From assembly GCA_013204405.1 (NCBI GenBank), contig JABMNX010000035.1, positions 1-47,870 on the forward strand: DNA of 47,870 bases, given 5' to 3'. Source of the stretch: Candidatus Kaiserbacteria bacterium. GTDB taxonomy: Bacteria; Patescibacteriota; Minisyncoccia; Phycocordibacterales; JABMNX01. The notes below the pieces were generated by a model that was not told the origin of the DNA, searched no databases, and saw only the letters and a list, made by a program, of their open reading frames with translations. Numbering within the stretch: the stretch's first letter is position 1; every line of letters starts with the position of its first letter. Shown in pieces: positions 26,882-33,194 of the stretch. The translations under genes were made by a program, and so were the position numbers.

Positions 26882-28357
26882 TTACTCAACCCAGTGTTTT
26901 TTACGAATTTCAGAGACTGCTTCTTCTTCTGACTCTTCCCTTCTACGTTTACCCTGCTCGCCATGAGCTTTAAGAGTCTCTTCTGGCAACTCACTAAGTT
27001 CCTTTGTCTTTTTTTCTAGATACGTTTTAGTATTTTTCTTTGGGTCATCAAGAACCTCTTCGAGTAGTGCATGGAGTATATGCCCAAGTCGTGGGCCGGG
27101 CTTCTCATCAAGTAATTTCATAATCCCTTCCCCGTCAATCTTAAGCATACCAACAGAAATTGGGTCGCGAAGCGCTTCCTCTATCATTGATTTGTACTTT
27201 CTAAATCGGAATGGCTGTGCCTTCGGTCGTCCCGAACCAATGCGGTCACAAATACGTAGGTTAAGAAGATCCCAAATATTTTCTTCTCCAACATTTGCAA
27301 TCATTCTACGTGCTGCAGAGAGGGTTATCTTGTCTGGGTCAGAAAAAAACATGTGCCATCGGACCAGTTTTACTAACTTTTCAATACGTTTCTTGGGGAG
27401 TTTTAGGTTTTCAAATGCTCTTTTTGCAACCCGCGCCCCAATCACTTCGTGTCCATGAAAGGACCAGTCGTTTTTCTCTTTTGACCACTGTCGCGTCTCT
27501 GGTTTTGAGATGTCGTGATATAGCCCCGCTAGTCGTATATCAACACTCCACTTCATATCAGCGCCGTGTTGCATTGTCCTTAGCAGATGCTCAAATACGT
27601 CATACGTGTGCGCTTGATTTTGTTCAATGCCAATTCCACGTTCTAAGTCATGTGCAACATACGGCAGTAGTCCTAATTTCTGGGATATAACTATTGCATG
27701 CATTGGATTGTCTGATGCTAAAATTCGTAAAAATTCATCCCGTATTCTTTCTTTTGCAATTTTTTCAAGCTGCGGTGCAGACTTTAGGATTGCTTCAGCT
27801 GTTTTTGACTCTATAGTAAAGTGTAGTTCTGCAGATAAACGAACCGCGCGAAGCATGCGAAGGGCATCTTCCTCAAAACGTTCAAACGGGTCTCCGACCG
27901 CCATGATACTTTTACGTTTAAGGTCGTCTTGTCCACTGTACGGGTCTACCAACTCCCCTGTCGAGACGTTGTATGCTATCGCGTTCATTGTAAAGTCACG
28001 GCGTTTCAAATCATCTTCTAGGCTGTTGGAAAACTGAACAGAATCAGGTCGCCGCGCATCTGAGTAGGTCGTCTCCAATCGGTACGGAGTAATTTCAACA
28101 ACCTTAAGGGACTCGTCTTCAGTTTCATTAACCACTCCAACCGTCCCATAATCATTTTCATAGAAGGTCTCCTCAAAGAGTTCTTGGATTTTTTCAGGGG
28201 TTGCATTAGTTGTTACGTCCCAATCTTTAGGTGTTCGATTAAGTAAGAGGTCTCTGACACATCCTCCAACGAGATACGCTTCAAAACCACCTTTCTCTAA
28301 GGTTTCCGTTATGACTCTAATTTCTTTAGGAATTTTTGAAGTAGTAATAGTTGACAT
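26882..28357 (-). CDS. cca: CCA-adding enzyme / poly(A) polymerase-family tRNA nucleotidyltransferase with HD domain
   Basis: 491 aa. LVGGCVRDLLL..DWD nucleotidyltransferase head, RDFTMNA motif, and an HD region later (YHDISKP). Confidence 0.85.
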   Translation of the reverse strand: MSTITTSKIPKEIRVITETLEKGGFEAYLVGGCVRDLLLNRTPKDWDVTTNATPEKIQELFEETFYENDYGTVGVVNETEDESLKVVEITPYRLETTYSDARRPDSVQFSNSLEDDLKRRDFTMNAIAYNVSTGELVDPYSGQDDLKRKSIMAVGDPFERFEEDALRMLRAVRLSAELHFTIESKTAEAILKSAPQLEKIAKERIRDEFLRILASDNPMHAIVISQKLGLLPYVAHDLERGIGIEQNQAHTYDVFEHLLRTMQHGADMKWSVDIRLAGLYHDISKPETRQWSKEKNDWSFHGHEVIGARVAKRAFENLKLPKKRIEKLVKLVRWHMFFSDPDKITLSAARRMIANVGEENIWDLLNLRICDRIGSGRPKAQPFRFRKYKSMIEEALRDPISVGMLKIDGEGIMKLLDEKPGPRLGHILHALLEEVLDDPKKNTKTYLEKKTKELSELPEETLKAHGEQGKRRREESEEEAVSEIRKKHWVE

Positions 28358-28477
28358 GTTCTTATTTTATTACATATTTGGTTACTGTGCGAATATAGCG
28401 TATAATTCTCTTTGTAATTTGCTCAATAATAGGTAGAGTCTGAGCAGTTTATATAAAGGAATTACAAAACAATAAAT

Positions 28478-28552
28478 GCCTCTGTGGTGAAATGGATATC
28501 ACAACGGTCTTCGGAACCGTTATTCTGGGTTCGAATCCTGGCAGGGGCACCA
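28478..28552 (+). tRNA. tRNA-Arg (anticodon UCG), CCA encoded
   Basis: Hand-folded cloverleaf. Acceptor GCCTCTG/CAGGGGC (one G-U), 4-bp D stem, anticodon stem ACGGT/ACCGT with loop cuUCGga, T loop TTCGAAT, 3' ACCA. Confidence 0.85.
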
Positions 28553-28561
28553 AGGTAAAAG

Positions 28562-28590
28562 AAAAACATCTCTTTCATAGAGGTGTTTTT
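28562..28590 (+). terminator. intrinsic terminator after tRNA-Arg
   Basis: aaaaacatctct-ttcat-agaggtgttttt: 12-bp stem (one G-U) plus T-run. Confidence 0.75.
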
Positions 28591-28819
28591 CTTTTAAAAT
28601 ACAAACACCACAAGAGCACTTCCATTCTTTCTAAGAGCTCTGCTCTAAGAAAAATTGGTCGCTGCTTTGTATTTGTGCCTTGGTGCCAGACGGAGACATG
28701 TTTTAGCTATTCATAAAGCCAAAACAGTCGAGTCCGGGGAGGAAGTTCTTAATGAGCCTTGGTGAATTTAGAAACTTGACCCCTAAAAAACATATAACAA
28801 CACCAACCACCTTTCTTTG

Positions 28820-28890
28820 TGCGGCCAGGGGTAATCGAAACCCCGACTCATCCTTGGCAAGGACGTGTTATACCACTTAACCATGGCCGC
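28820..28890 (-). tRNA. tRNA-Gly (anticodon GCC)
   Basis: The reverse complement folds as a 71-nt cloverleaf. Acceptor GCGGCCA/TGGCCGC, anticodon loop uuGCCaa, T arm GGGGT-TTCGATT-ACCCC. No encoded CCA. Confidence 0.9.
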
Positions 28891-29008
28891 AAGTTACAGA
28901 AGTATACTACGCTTACATACTCTACTCAATGTTTTTAGTGGTCCCATATAAAGATGTCCTTTATTTCTATAAAAAACATACTGAAATAAGCCATATTTTC
29001 GTATATTG

Positions 29009-29017
29009 TGTGGATAA
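29009..29017 (-). promoter_or_regulatory. perfect DnaA-box 9-mer
   Basis: tgtggataa is the reverse complement of TTATCCACA. Confidence 0.35.
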
Positions 29018-29029
29018 ACCTGTGTACAG

Positions 29030-29038
29030 TGTGGATTA
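29030..29038 (-). promoter_or_regulatory. DnaA-box-like 9-mer (1 mismatch)
   Basis: tgtggatta is the reverse complement of TAATCCACA, 12 bp from the perfect box. Confidence 0.25.
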
Positions 29039-29119
29039 AAAGGACATAATAAAACTTGTCTTTTACAATATATGGCTTTAAACAAGGATATTTTAAAGAC
29101 AGCAGTTTATTACTATATA

Positions 29120-29135
29120 TGTTTCACGTGAAACA
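29120..29135. promoter_or_regulatory. parS site, perfect palindrome
   Basis: TGTTTCACGTGAAACA, 16/16 match to the consensus ParB-binding palindrome. Intergenic. Confidence 0.8.
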
Positions 29136-29165
29136 CTATATTAAGGTGTTTTGAGGTATATTTTA

Positions 29166-29181
29166 TGTTTCATGTGTAACA
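29166..29181. promoter_or_regulatory. degenerate parS-like site
   Basis: TGTTTCATGTGTAACA, 14/16. Intergenic, 30 bp from the perfect site. Confidence 0.5.
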
Positions 29182-29222
29182 AAATGTGCCTTTTGGCATT
29201 ATATGAAGTATAATTACTTTTA

Positions 29223-29825
29223 ATGAATATCAACTCAATTCTTGATTTTATAACCCTGACAAACAAGTTTAGAGCCGTAAAACGGGTTGTTTTTATAAAA
29301 GATGAAGGAAGATTAGAAAATGATTCAGAACATAGTTATCAACTTGCCATGCTTTCTTGGTATCTACTTTCAGAAAAGAAAACTGGTATAGATAAAGACT
29401 TAGTCATTAAATACGCACTTATCCATGATTTTGTAGAAGTGTATGCTGGAGATACGTGGTTTTATCGCTCTAAGGCTGAAGATGAGAGTAAAAAGAAGCT
29501 TGAGGCAGAATCAGCAATACAACTAAAAAGTGATCTTCCTGAATTTATAGATTTTCACCAGTTAATTGAAGACTATGAAAATCAAATCAATCCAGAGAGT
29601 AGATTTGTCTATGCGCTTGATAAAATTATACCAATTATGAACATATACTTAGACGGTGGTGATAATTGGAAAGAACACAAAGTAACTCTTGATAATCTTA
29701 TAAAGAACAAAACGCCCAAAATTGCTGTATCTCCTGAAATAGAGCCATATTACAATGAACTTGTTGCTATTTTAAAGGATAATAAGGATATGTTTCACGT
29801 GGAACATGAGCAAGATATCTCATAA
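29223..29825 (+). CDS. HD-domain phosphohydrolase (YfbR/5'-nucleotidase-like)
   Basis: 200 aa. SEHSYQLAML.. (H), IHDFVEVYAGDT (HD...D) metal-binding motifs. Confidence 0.7.
   Translation: MNINSILDFITLTNKFRAVKRVVFIKDEGRLENDSEHSYQLAMLSWYLLSEKKTGIDKDLVIKYALIHDFVEVYAGDTWFYRSKAEDESKKKLEAESAIQLKSDLPEFIDFHQLIEDYENQINPESRFVYALDKIIPIMNIYLDGGDNWKEHKVTLDNLIKNKTPKIAVSPEIEPYYNELVAILKDNKDMFHVEHEQDIS
29791..29806. promoter_or_regulatory. parS site (15/16)
   Basis: TGTTTCACGTGGAACA is the reverse complement of the Bacillus-type TGTTCCACGTGAAACA. It encodes MFHVE at the HD gene's C-terminus, and its last A is the A of the yraN ATG. Confidence 0.75.
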
Positions 29826-30201
29826 TGAAGTTGGAAAGCTAGGGGAGAAAACCGCATCTATGTTTCTCATGAAACGTGGTTTTAATATTTTAGAGCAGAA
29901 CTATTGGAAAAAGTGGGGTGAAATCGATATTATTGCTAAAAACAAAGGTAAATTACACTTTATAGAGGTTAAAACTGTTTCACGTGAAAACATTAGAGAT
30001 GTTTCCCGTGAAACTATTGATGAATACAGACCTGAAGATAATCTTCATGAGAAGAAGCTTAAACGACTTTCAAGAACTATTCAGACGTATTTACTCGAAA
30101 AAGATTATGAAGGCGAGTGGCAGTTTGATGTGGTTGCAGTATTCCTTGATATTGAAAATAGGGAAGCGAAGTGCAGGTATATTGAGGATGTAATTATATA
30201 G
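29806..30201 (+). CDS. yraN: YraN/UPF0102-family endonuclease-like protein
   Basis: 131 aa. GE..A..FL...G..IL..N....GEIDIIA......HFIEVKT pattern typical of UPF0102. Overlaps the HD gene by 20 nt. Confidence 0.8.
   Translation: MSKISHNEVGKLGEKTASMFLMKRGFNILEQNYWKKWGEIDIIAKNKGKLHFIEVKTVSRENIRDVSRETIDEYRPEDNLHEKKLKRLSRTIQTYLLEKDYEGEWQFDVVAVFLDIENREAKCRYIEDVII
29976..29991. promoter_or_regulatory. parS-like site (14/16) inside yraN
   Basis: TGTTTCACGTGAAAAC. Encodes VSREN. Confidence 0.6.
30000..30015. promoter_or_regulatory. parS-like site (14/16) inside yraN
   Basis: TGTTTCCCGTGAAACT, 8 bp after the previous site. Encodes a second VSRET. Confidence 0.5.
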
Positions 30202-30208
30202 GGTTTTA

Positions 30209-30241
30209 TAAAGGACATTTTTTGCAACAGAATGTCCTTTA
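30209..30241. terminator. hairpin built from the TAAAGGACAT/ATGTCCTTTA inverted repeat, downstream of yraN
   Basis: taaaggacatt-ttttgcaacag-aatgtccttta: 11-bp perfect stem. Confidence 0.5.
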
Positions 30242-30406
30242 AGGGCACTTTTAATGCTTAGAAGGGTAATCAAACAATATACGAAAATGGAGTGGGTATA
30301 GAGGTACTAGTTTTTCGTTTCTTATGTAAATAAGTAGAAGTATTCAGGTTTTATGGTATGATTTTGCAATCGTAGTTATATTTATTACGTAAACAGAGTC
30401 GTATAT

Positions 30407-30479
30407 CGGGATGTAGTGTAACGGCTAACATTCCCGCTTTGGGAGCGGGCGACTCCGGGTTCGAATCCCGGCATCCCGA
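30407..30479 (+). tRNA. tRNA-Pro (anticodon UGG)
   Basis: 73-nt cloverleaf. Acceptor CGGGATG/CATCCCG, anticodon stem CCCGC/GCGGG with loop uuUGGga, T arm CCGGG-TTCGAAT-CCCGG. Confidence 0.9.
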
Positions 30480-30488
30480 CATGTATTT

Positions 30489-30519
30489 AAAAAGACGGTC
30501 AAAATATGACCGTCTTTTT
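30489..30519 (+). terminator. intrinsic terminator after tRNA-Pro (also faces the convergent protease gene)
   Basis: aaaaagacggtc-aaaatat-gaccgtcttttt: 12-bp stem flanked by A/T runs. Confidence 0.8.
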
Positions 30520-30552
30520 AATTGTATATGTAAGCACTCTTTCAGAAGTCAA

Positions 30553-31737
30553 TTATTGCGCCAGGTAGGGGAGGAATAGGTTGCTAAGAGCTGGTGCAGT
30601 ACTGAGGTTAAAGAGTTTTGCCTTGAGTGTTATATCTCCAAACAAGAGACCTTCCACTGTTGAGTTTGCATTTTGCATAAGTGCCCTATTGATATAACTA
30701 AGAGTAATAGCGCGAAGGTCACGTTCTGCGGTCGTGTCGGCATTGGTACTAGTAACAATAATTCCAATCAATTTGTTTTCTCCCGAAACTACTGCGCCAC
30801 CGGAAGAGCCACCTTGAGAAACCACAGTACCTCCAATGGAAAACAAATCGATTGTATTTTCTAAGAACGTGAATCGCTCTCCTACGTTTGCAATACTTGA
30901 GACAGAATATAAATCTTTTTGAATTGAAACACCACCAAGAAATCCTGCGGGGTATGCGGCAGCGAGTACTTGGTTGCCTGTTTTTATATTAATGTCATTA
31001 GTGTCAAGTGGAATAAACGGGAACGTTGAAGGAAGGCTTGCATCGGGGTCAGTACGTCCTGTAATGCGTAAGAATGCGTAATCGTGTTCTCCAGTACCTT
31101 TTGGTTCAGAGTTCTTAATATCGTTAGCGTGAAGGTTAACCCATTCTGGTGAAATATAAAGGAGTTCTGCTGTGTACATATTACGTGCGGGGCTTCCTGT
31201 TCGTAAGATGCATTCCAGACTGTTTTCAATAGGGTAGTCTTCTAGTAAAAAAAATTGAGCAACGTGTGCGTTAGTGATAACAACTCCACGGGGGTCTACA
31301 ATGACTCCGCTCCCAGTGATTGGATTTACTGCACCGGCAATATTTTGCGAACACAATACATTAACTAATGCTGCAGCGGTTTCTGTATTAATTTGTGAGA
31401 AAGAAAGTGGAAGTGGGGCCTCAGGTTCAGGAAGATTTACCTCTGGAAGTATAACCTCCTCTGCTGCTGGAGTGTCTGGTACCACCTCCTCTGGATATTC
31501 TTCAGTATTAGGTGAAATGATTTCTTCTTTAGGTTTGGAAACAATTGTTTCTAGTGGAAGTACTTGAGTCTCTTCAGCTGGTATCATTATTTCCTCTACT
31601 TTTATGTCTGGCTCTTCATTCACAGAGAGATGAGACGGAGCATCAGATACAGAACCGATACCGAATGCCGTTAATAGTGCCACAATAGCGATAACAGCAC
31701 GTGCAGCAATAATTTGTATGAGTGCAAAAATAGGCAT
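30553..31737 (-). CDS. membrane-anchored trypsin-like (S1) serine protease
   Basis: 394 aa. N-terminal TM helix, acidic/Pro-rich linker, GSGVIVDPRGVVITNAHV (His) and GGSSGGAVV (Ser) motifs. No PDZ domain recognised. Confidence 0.75.
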   Translation of the reverse strand: MPIFALIQIIAARAVIAIVALLTAFGIGSVSDAPSHLSVNEEPDIKVEEIMIPAEETQVLPLETIVSKPKEEIISPNTEEYPEEVVPDTPAAEEVILPEVNLPEPEAPLPLSFSQINTETAAALVNVLCSQNIAGAVNPITGSGVIVDPRGVVITNAHVAQFFLLEDYPIENSLECILRTGSPARNMYTAELLYISPEWVNLHANDIKNSEPKGTGEHDYAFLRITGRTDPDASLPSTFPFIPLDTNDINIKTGNQVLAAAYPAGFLGGVSIQKDLYSVSSIANVGERFTFLENTIDLFSIGGTVVSQGGSSGGAVVSGENKLIGIIVTSTNADTTAERDLRAITLSYINRALMQNANSTVEGLLFGDITLKAKLFNLSTAPALSNLFLPYLAQ

Positions 31738-31937
31738 AGTTCATTCAGTATATCACTAAGATACCCCTTTGTTACAGGGTATTATCCATTTTGACACACG
31801 TTCTAAATTATTATGTAGTATTGACAAATTGGTGTCATCGTGTATACTTGTAATATAGCTTGGGTTATTGCCCAGCTTTTTGTTTATCAGCGCTTTAAGT
31901 ATCTTTTATGGGTATTTGAGGCTAAGACAAAAATATT

Positions 31938-32042
31938 ATGACATTCGTATTTGACGAAGAAGTAGTAGAAGGAGCAGAAGTAGCAGAAACTGAAGAGGCT
32001 ACTGAAGAGGCTACTGAAGAGGAAACTCCAGCAGCTGAGTAA
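31938..32042 (+). CDS. possible 34-aa highly acidic peptide
   Basis: MTFVFDEEVVEGAEVAETEEATEEATEEETPAAE. Contains the tandem 12-nt repeat actgaagaggct. Strong terminator 19 nt downstream. No clear SD, so coding status is uncertain. Confidence 0.3.
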   Translation: MTFVFDEEVVEGAEVAETEEATEEATEEETPAAE

Positions 32043-32060
32043 TTTTACTCAACTTCTAAC

Positions 32061-32088
32061 AACAAACCCCGCAATTGCGGGGTTTGTT
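32061..32088 (+). terminator. intrinsic terminator
   Basis: aacaaaccccgc-aatt-gcggggtttgtt: 12-bp stem followed by gtatttt. Confidence 0.8.
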
Positions 32089-32170
32089 GTATTTTGGTAA
32101 GATTACTCTCGTTCATGTATGGACGTATCCAGGTATATGGAAATCATATATCCGCGGCATTCGGACAAAA

Positions 32171-32190
32171 TGTGAAAGTATACTTTCACA
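32171..32190. repeat. 20-bp perfect palindrome upstream of the tRNA-Gly(UCC) cluster
   Basis: tgtgaaagta/tactttcaca. Confidence 0.9.
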
Positions 32191-32204
32191 TCCAAGTCCT
32201 CATT

Positions 32205-32229
32205 TGCGGGTATAGTTTAGTGGTAGAAT
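32205..32229 (+). repeat. 25-nt duplicate of the tRNA-Gly(UCC) 5' part (acceptor 5' strand plus D arm)
   Basis: tgcgggtatagtttagtggtagaat is identical to 32257-32281 (tRNA positions 1-24 plus 1 upstream nt). No anticodon or T arm follows. Confidence 0.9.
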
Positions 32230-32257
32230 AATTAACTTTGTACATTGAGTCATAAGT

Positions 32258-32328
32258 GCGGGTATAGTTTAGTGGTAGAATGACTGCCTTCCAAGCAGTA
32301 GACGAGAGTTCGATTCCCTCTACCCGCA
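32258..32328 (+). tRNA. tRNA-Gly (anticodon UCC)
   Basis: 71-nt cloverleaf. Acceptor GCGGGTA/TACCCGC, anticodon stem ACTGC/GCAGT with loop cuUCCaa, T arm GAGAG-TTCGATT-CCCTC (one A-C mismatch). Confidence 0.85.
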
Positions 32329-32378
32329 CTTAGGACTCAACGGCAAGTAGTATAAAAGAAGTTTAGACTTCTTTTCTC

Positions 32379-32403
32379 AGAGTTCGATTCCCTCTACCCG
32401 CAC
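32379..32403 (+). repeat. 25-nt duplicate of the tRNA-Gly(UCC) 3' part (T arm plus acceptor 3' strand)
   Basis: agagttcgattccctctacccgcac is identical to 32305-32329 (tRNA positions 48-71 plus 1 downstream nt). Preceded by an 8-bp/6-nt-loop hairpin (aaaagaag-tttaga-cttctttt). Confidence 0.9.
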
Positions 32404-32404
32404 A

Positions 32405-32447
32405 AAATACAAAAAGACCCCATGTTTTATGGGGTCTTTTTGTATTT
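32405..32447 (+). terminator. very strong hairpin/terminator after the tRNA-Gly cluster
   Basis: aaatacaaaaagacccca-tgtttta-tggggtctttttgtattt: 18-bp perfect stem. Confidence 0.85.
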
Positions 32448-32454
32448 ATTTGTG

Positions 32455-32652
32455 AGACAGAAGAGGGAATCGAAGACCGGAAGCCCACGTGCCAAAGCAC
32501 GAGAGGGGGCTGAGGTGGGGTCGAGCGCACTTAGTAGATTTCGAGCGAAGCGCGACTTTGTTTACTTACGAACTTGTGAGTTAGTAAACAAGAAGTACTC
32601 TTGTGGTGAAGAAATATACTTAGTGACGGGTGACCGATTCCCTCTACTGTTT
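32455..32652 (+). ncRNA. candidate structured RNA of unknown family (closing helix made of tRNA-derived sequence)
   Basis: A long closing helix pairs 32455-32472 with 32635-32652, with an 11-bp perfect core AGAGGGAATCG/CGATTCCCTCT. The first 100 nt are ~59% GC by my count, against an AT-rich background. Internal hairpins: CGTGC-CAAA-GCACG nested in AGCCC/GGGCT, a 9-10-bp stem TTGTTTACT/AGTAAACAA, and smaller ones. Bracketed by strong terminators at both ends. Strand assignment is tentative. Confidence 0.5.
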
Positions 32653-32676
32653 AAAACAGAATCAAACCACCTACAC

Positions 32677-32708
32677 TATAAAGGCCCCACAAGAGTGGGG
32701 CCTTTATA
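32677..32708. terminator. bidirectional terminator between the RNA element and hup
   Basis: tataaaggccccac-aaga-gtggggcctttata: 14-bp perfect stem. Confidence 0.85.
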
Positions 32709-32731
32709 GATAGTGGTAAGTAAATATTTAC

Positions 32732-33010
32732 TTAACCTTGCTTAACTGCGTCCTTAAGAGCTTTAGCTGCGCGGAATTTTGGTACGCGCATTGCTGGAAT
32801 CTGGATAGATTCACCTGTGCGAGGGTTTCGCCCAGTTCGTGCACTTCGCATTTTAGCCTCGAAGATACCAAGACCTGCGATAGAAACTTCTTGACCTCCC
32901 TTAAGGCTGTCAATAATACTTCCTACCATAGTGTCTACTGCTCGTTCTGCATCAGCTTTAGTTCCACCAAGTGTTACGTGTACTTTTTCAACGATTGCTG
33001 CTTTATTCAT
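32732..33010 (-). CDS. hup: HU-family DNA-binding protein
   Basis: 92 aa. MNKAAIVEKV..., GFG.F......AR.GRNP.TGE.I.IPA......F...K.LK pattern. Confidence 0.9.
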   Translation of the reverse strand: MNKAAIVEKVHVTLGGTKADAERAVDTMVGSIIDSLKGGQEVSIAGLGIFEAKMRSARTGRNPRTGESIQIPAMRVPKFRAAKALKDAVKQG

Positions 33011-33194
33011 ATATTTGATTTGCTAAAAACATGTAATGTCGACCTTGTACATTTATTACCAGTACAAATGTTTATATTTCTGTACTGTGAAATTACACAA
33101 TCATTATACAGAGCACCATTTTAAGCGCAATATCTGCATTTTGGATAAGTATTGCGCGATATTTTATGCTTTTGTGTCAAGAGCTTGTGTAATG

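Noticed and set aside
28492-28716. 74-aa ORF overlapping tRNA-Arg
   Set aside because: It starts inside the tRNA D-arm and runs through the tRNA and its terminator, so it is an artefact.
28553-28819. SRP RNA or RNase P RNA between the convergent tRNA-Arg and tRNA-Gly genes, suggested by GTCGAGTCCGGGGAGGAAG (about 28727-28745)
   Set aside because: It resembles the SRP GUCAGGUCCGGAAGGAAGCAGC motif, but the essential 3' AGCA(G/A)C is missing and the loop is not a GNRA tetraloop in register. I could not build the complementary helix 8 strand. The 268-nt gap is also too short and lacks the other RNase P conserved regions. It remains unexplained and is worth a cmscan.
32422-32709. 95-aa ORF (MFYGVFLYLF...) covering the GC-rich element downstream of tRNA-Gly(UCC)
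   Set aside because: Its ATG lies in the loop of an 18-bp terminator hairpin and it has no RBS. It ends inside another terminator stem, and the region is better explained by extensive base-pairing. Treated as a candidate ncRNA instead.
32441-32720. Possible tmRNA (ssrA), standard or permuted, suggested by TTCGATTCC T-loop-like pieces
   Set aside because: There is no GGGG...CCACCA acceptor with G3:U70, no recognisable tag ORF with a resume codon, and the length (~200 nt) is too short. The T-loop-like pieces are exact copies of the neighbouring tRNA-Gly, not an alanine-type acceptor.
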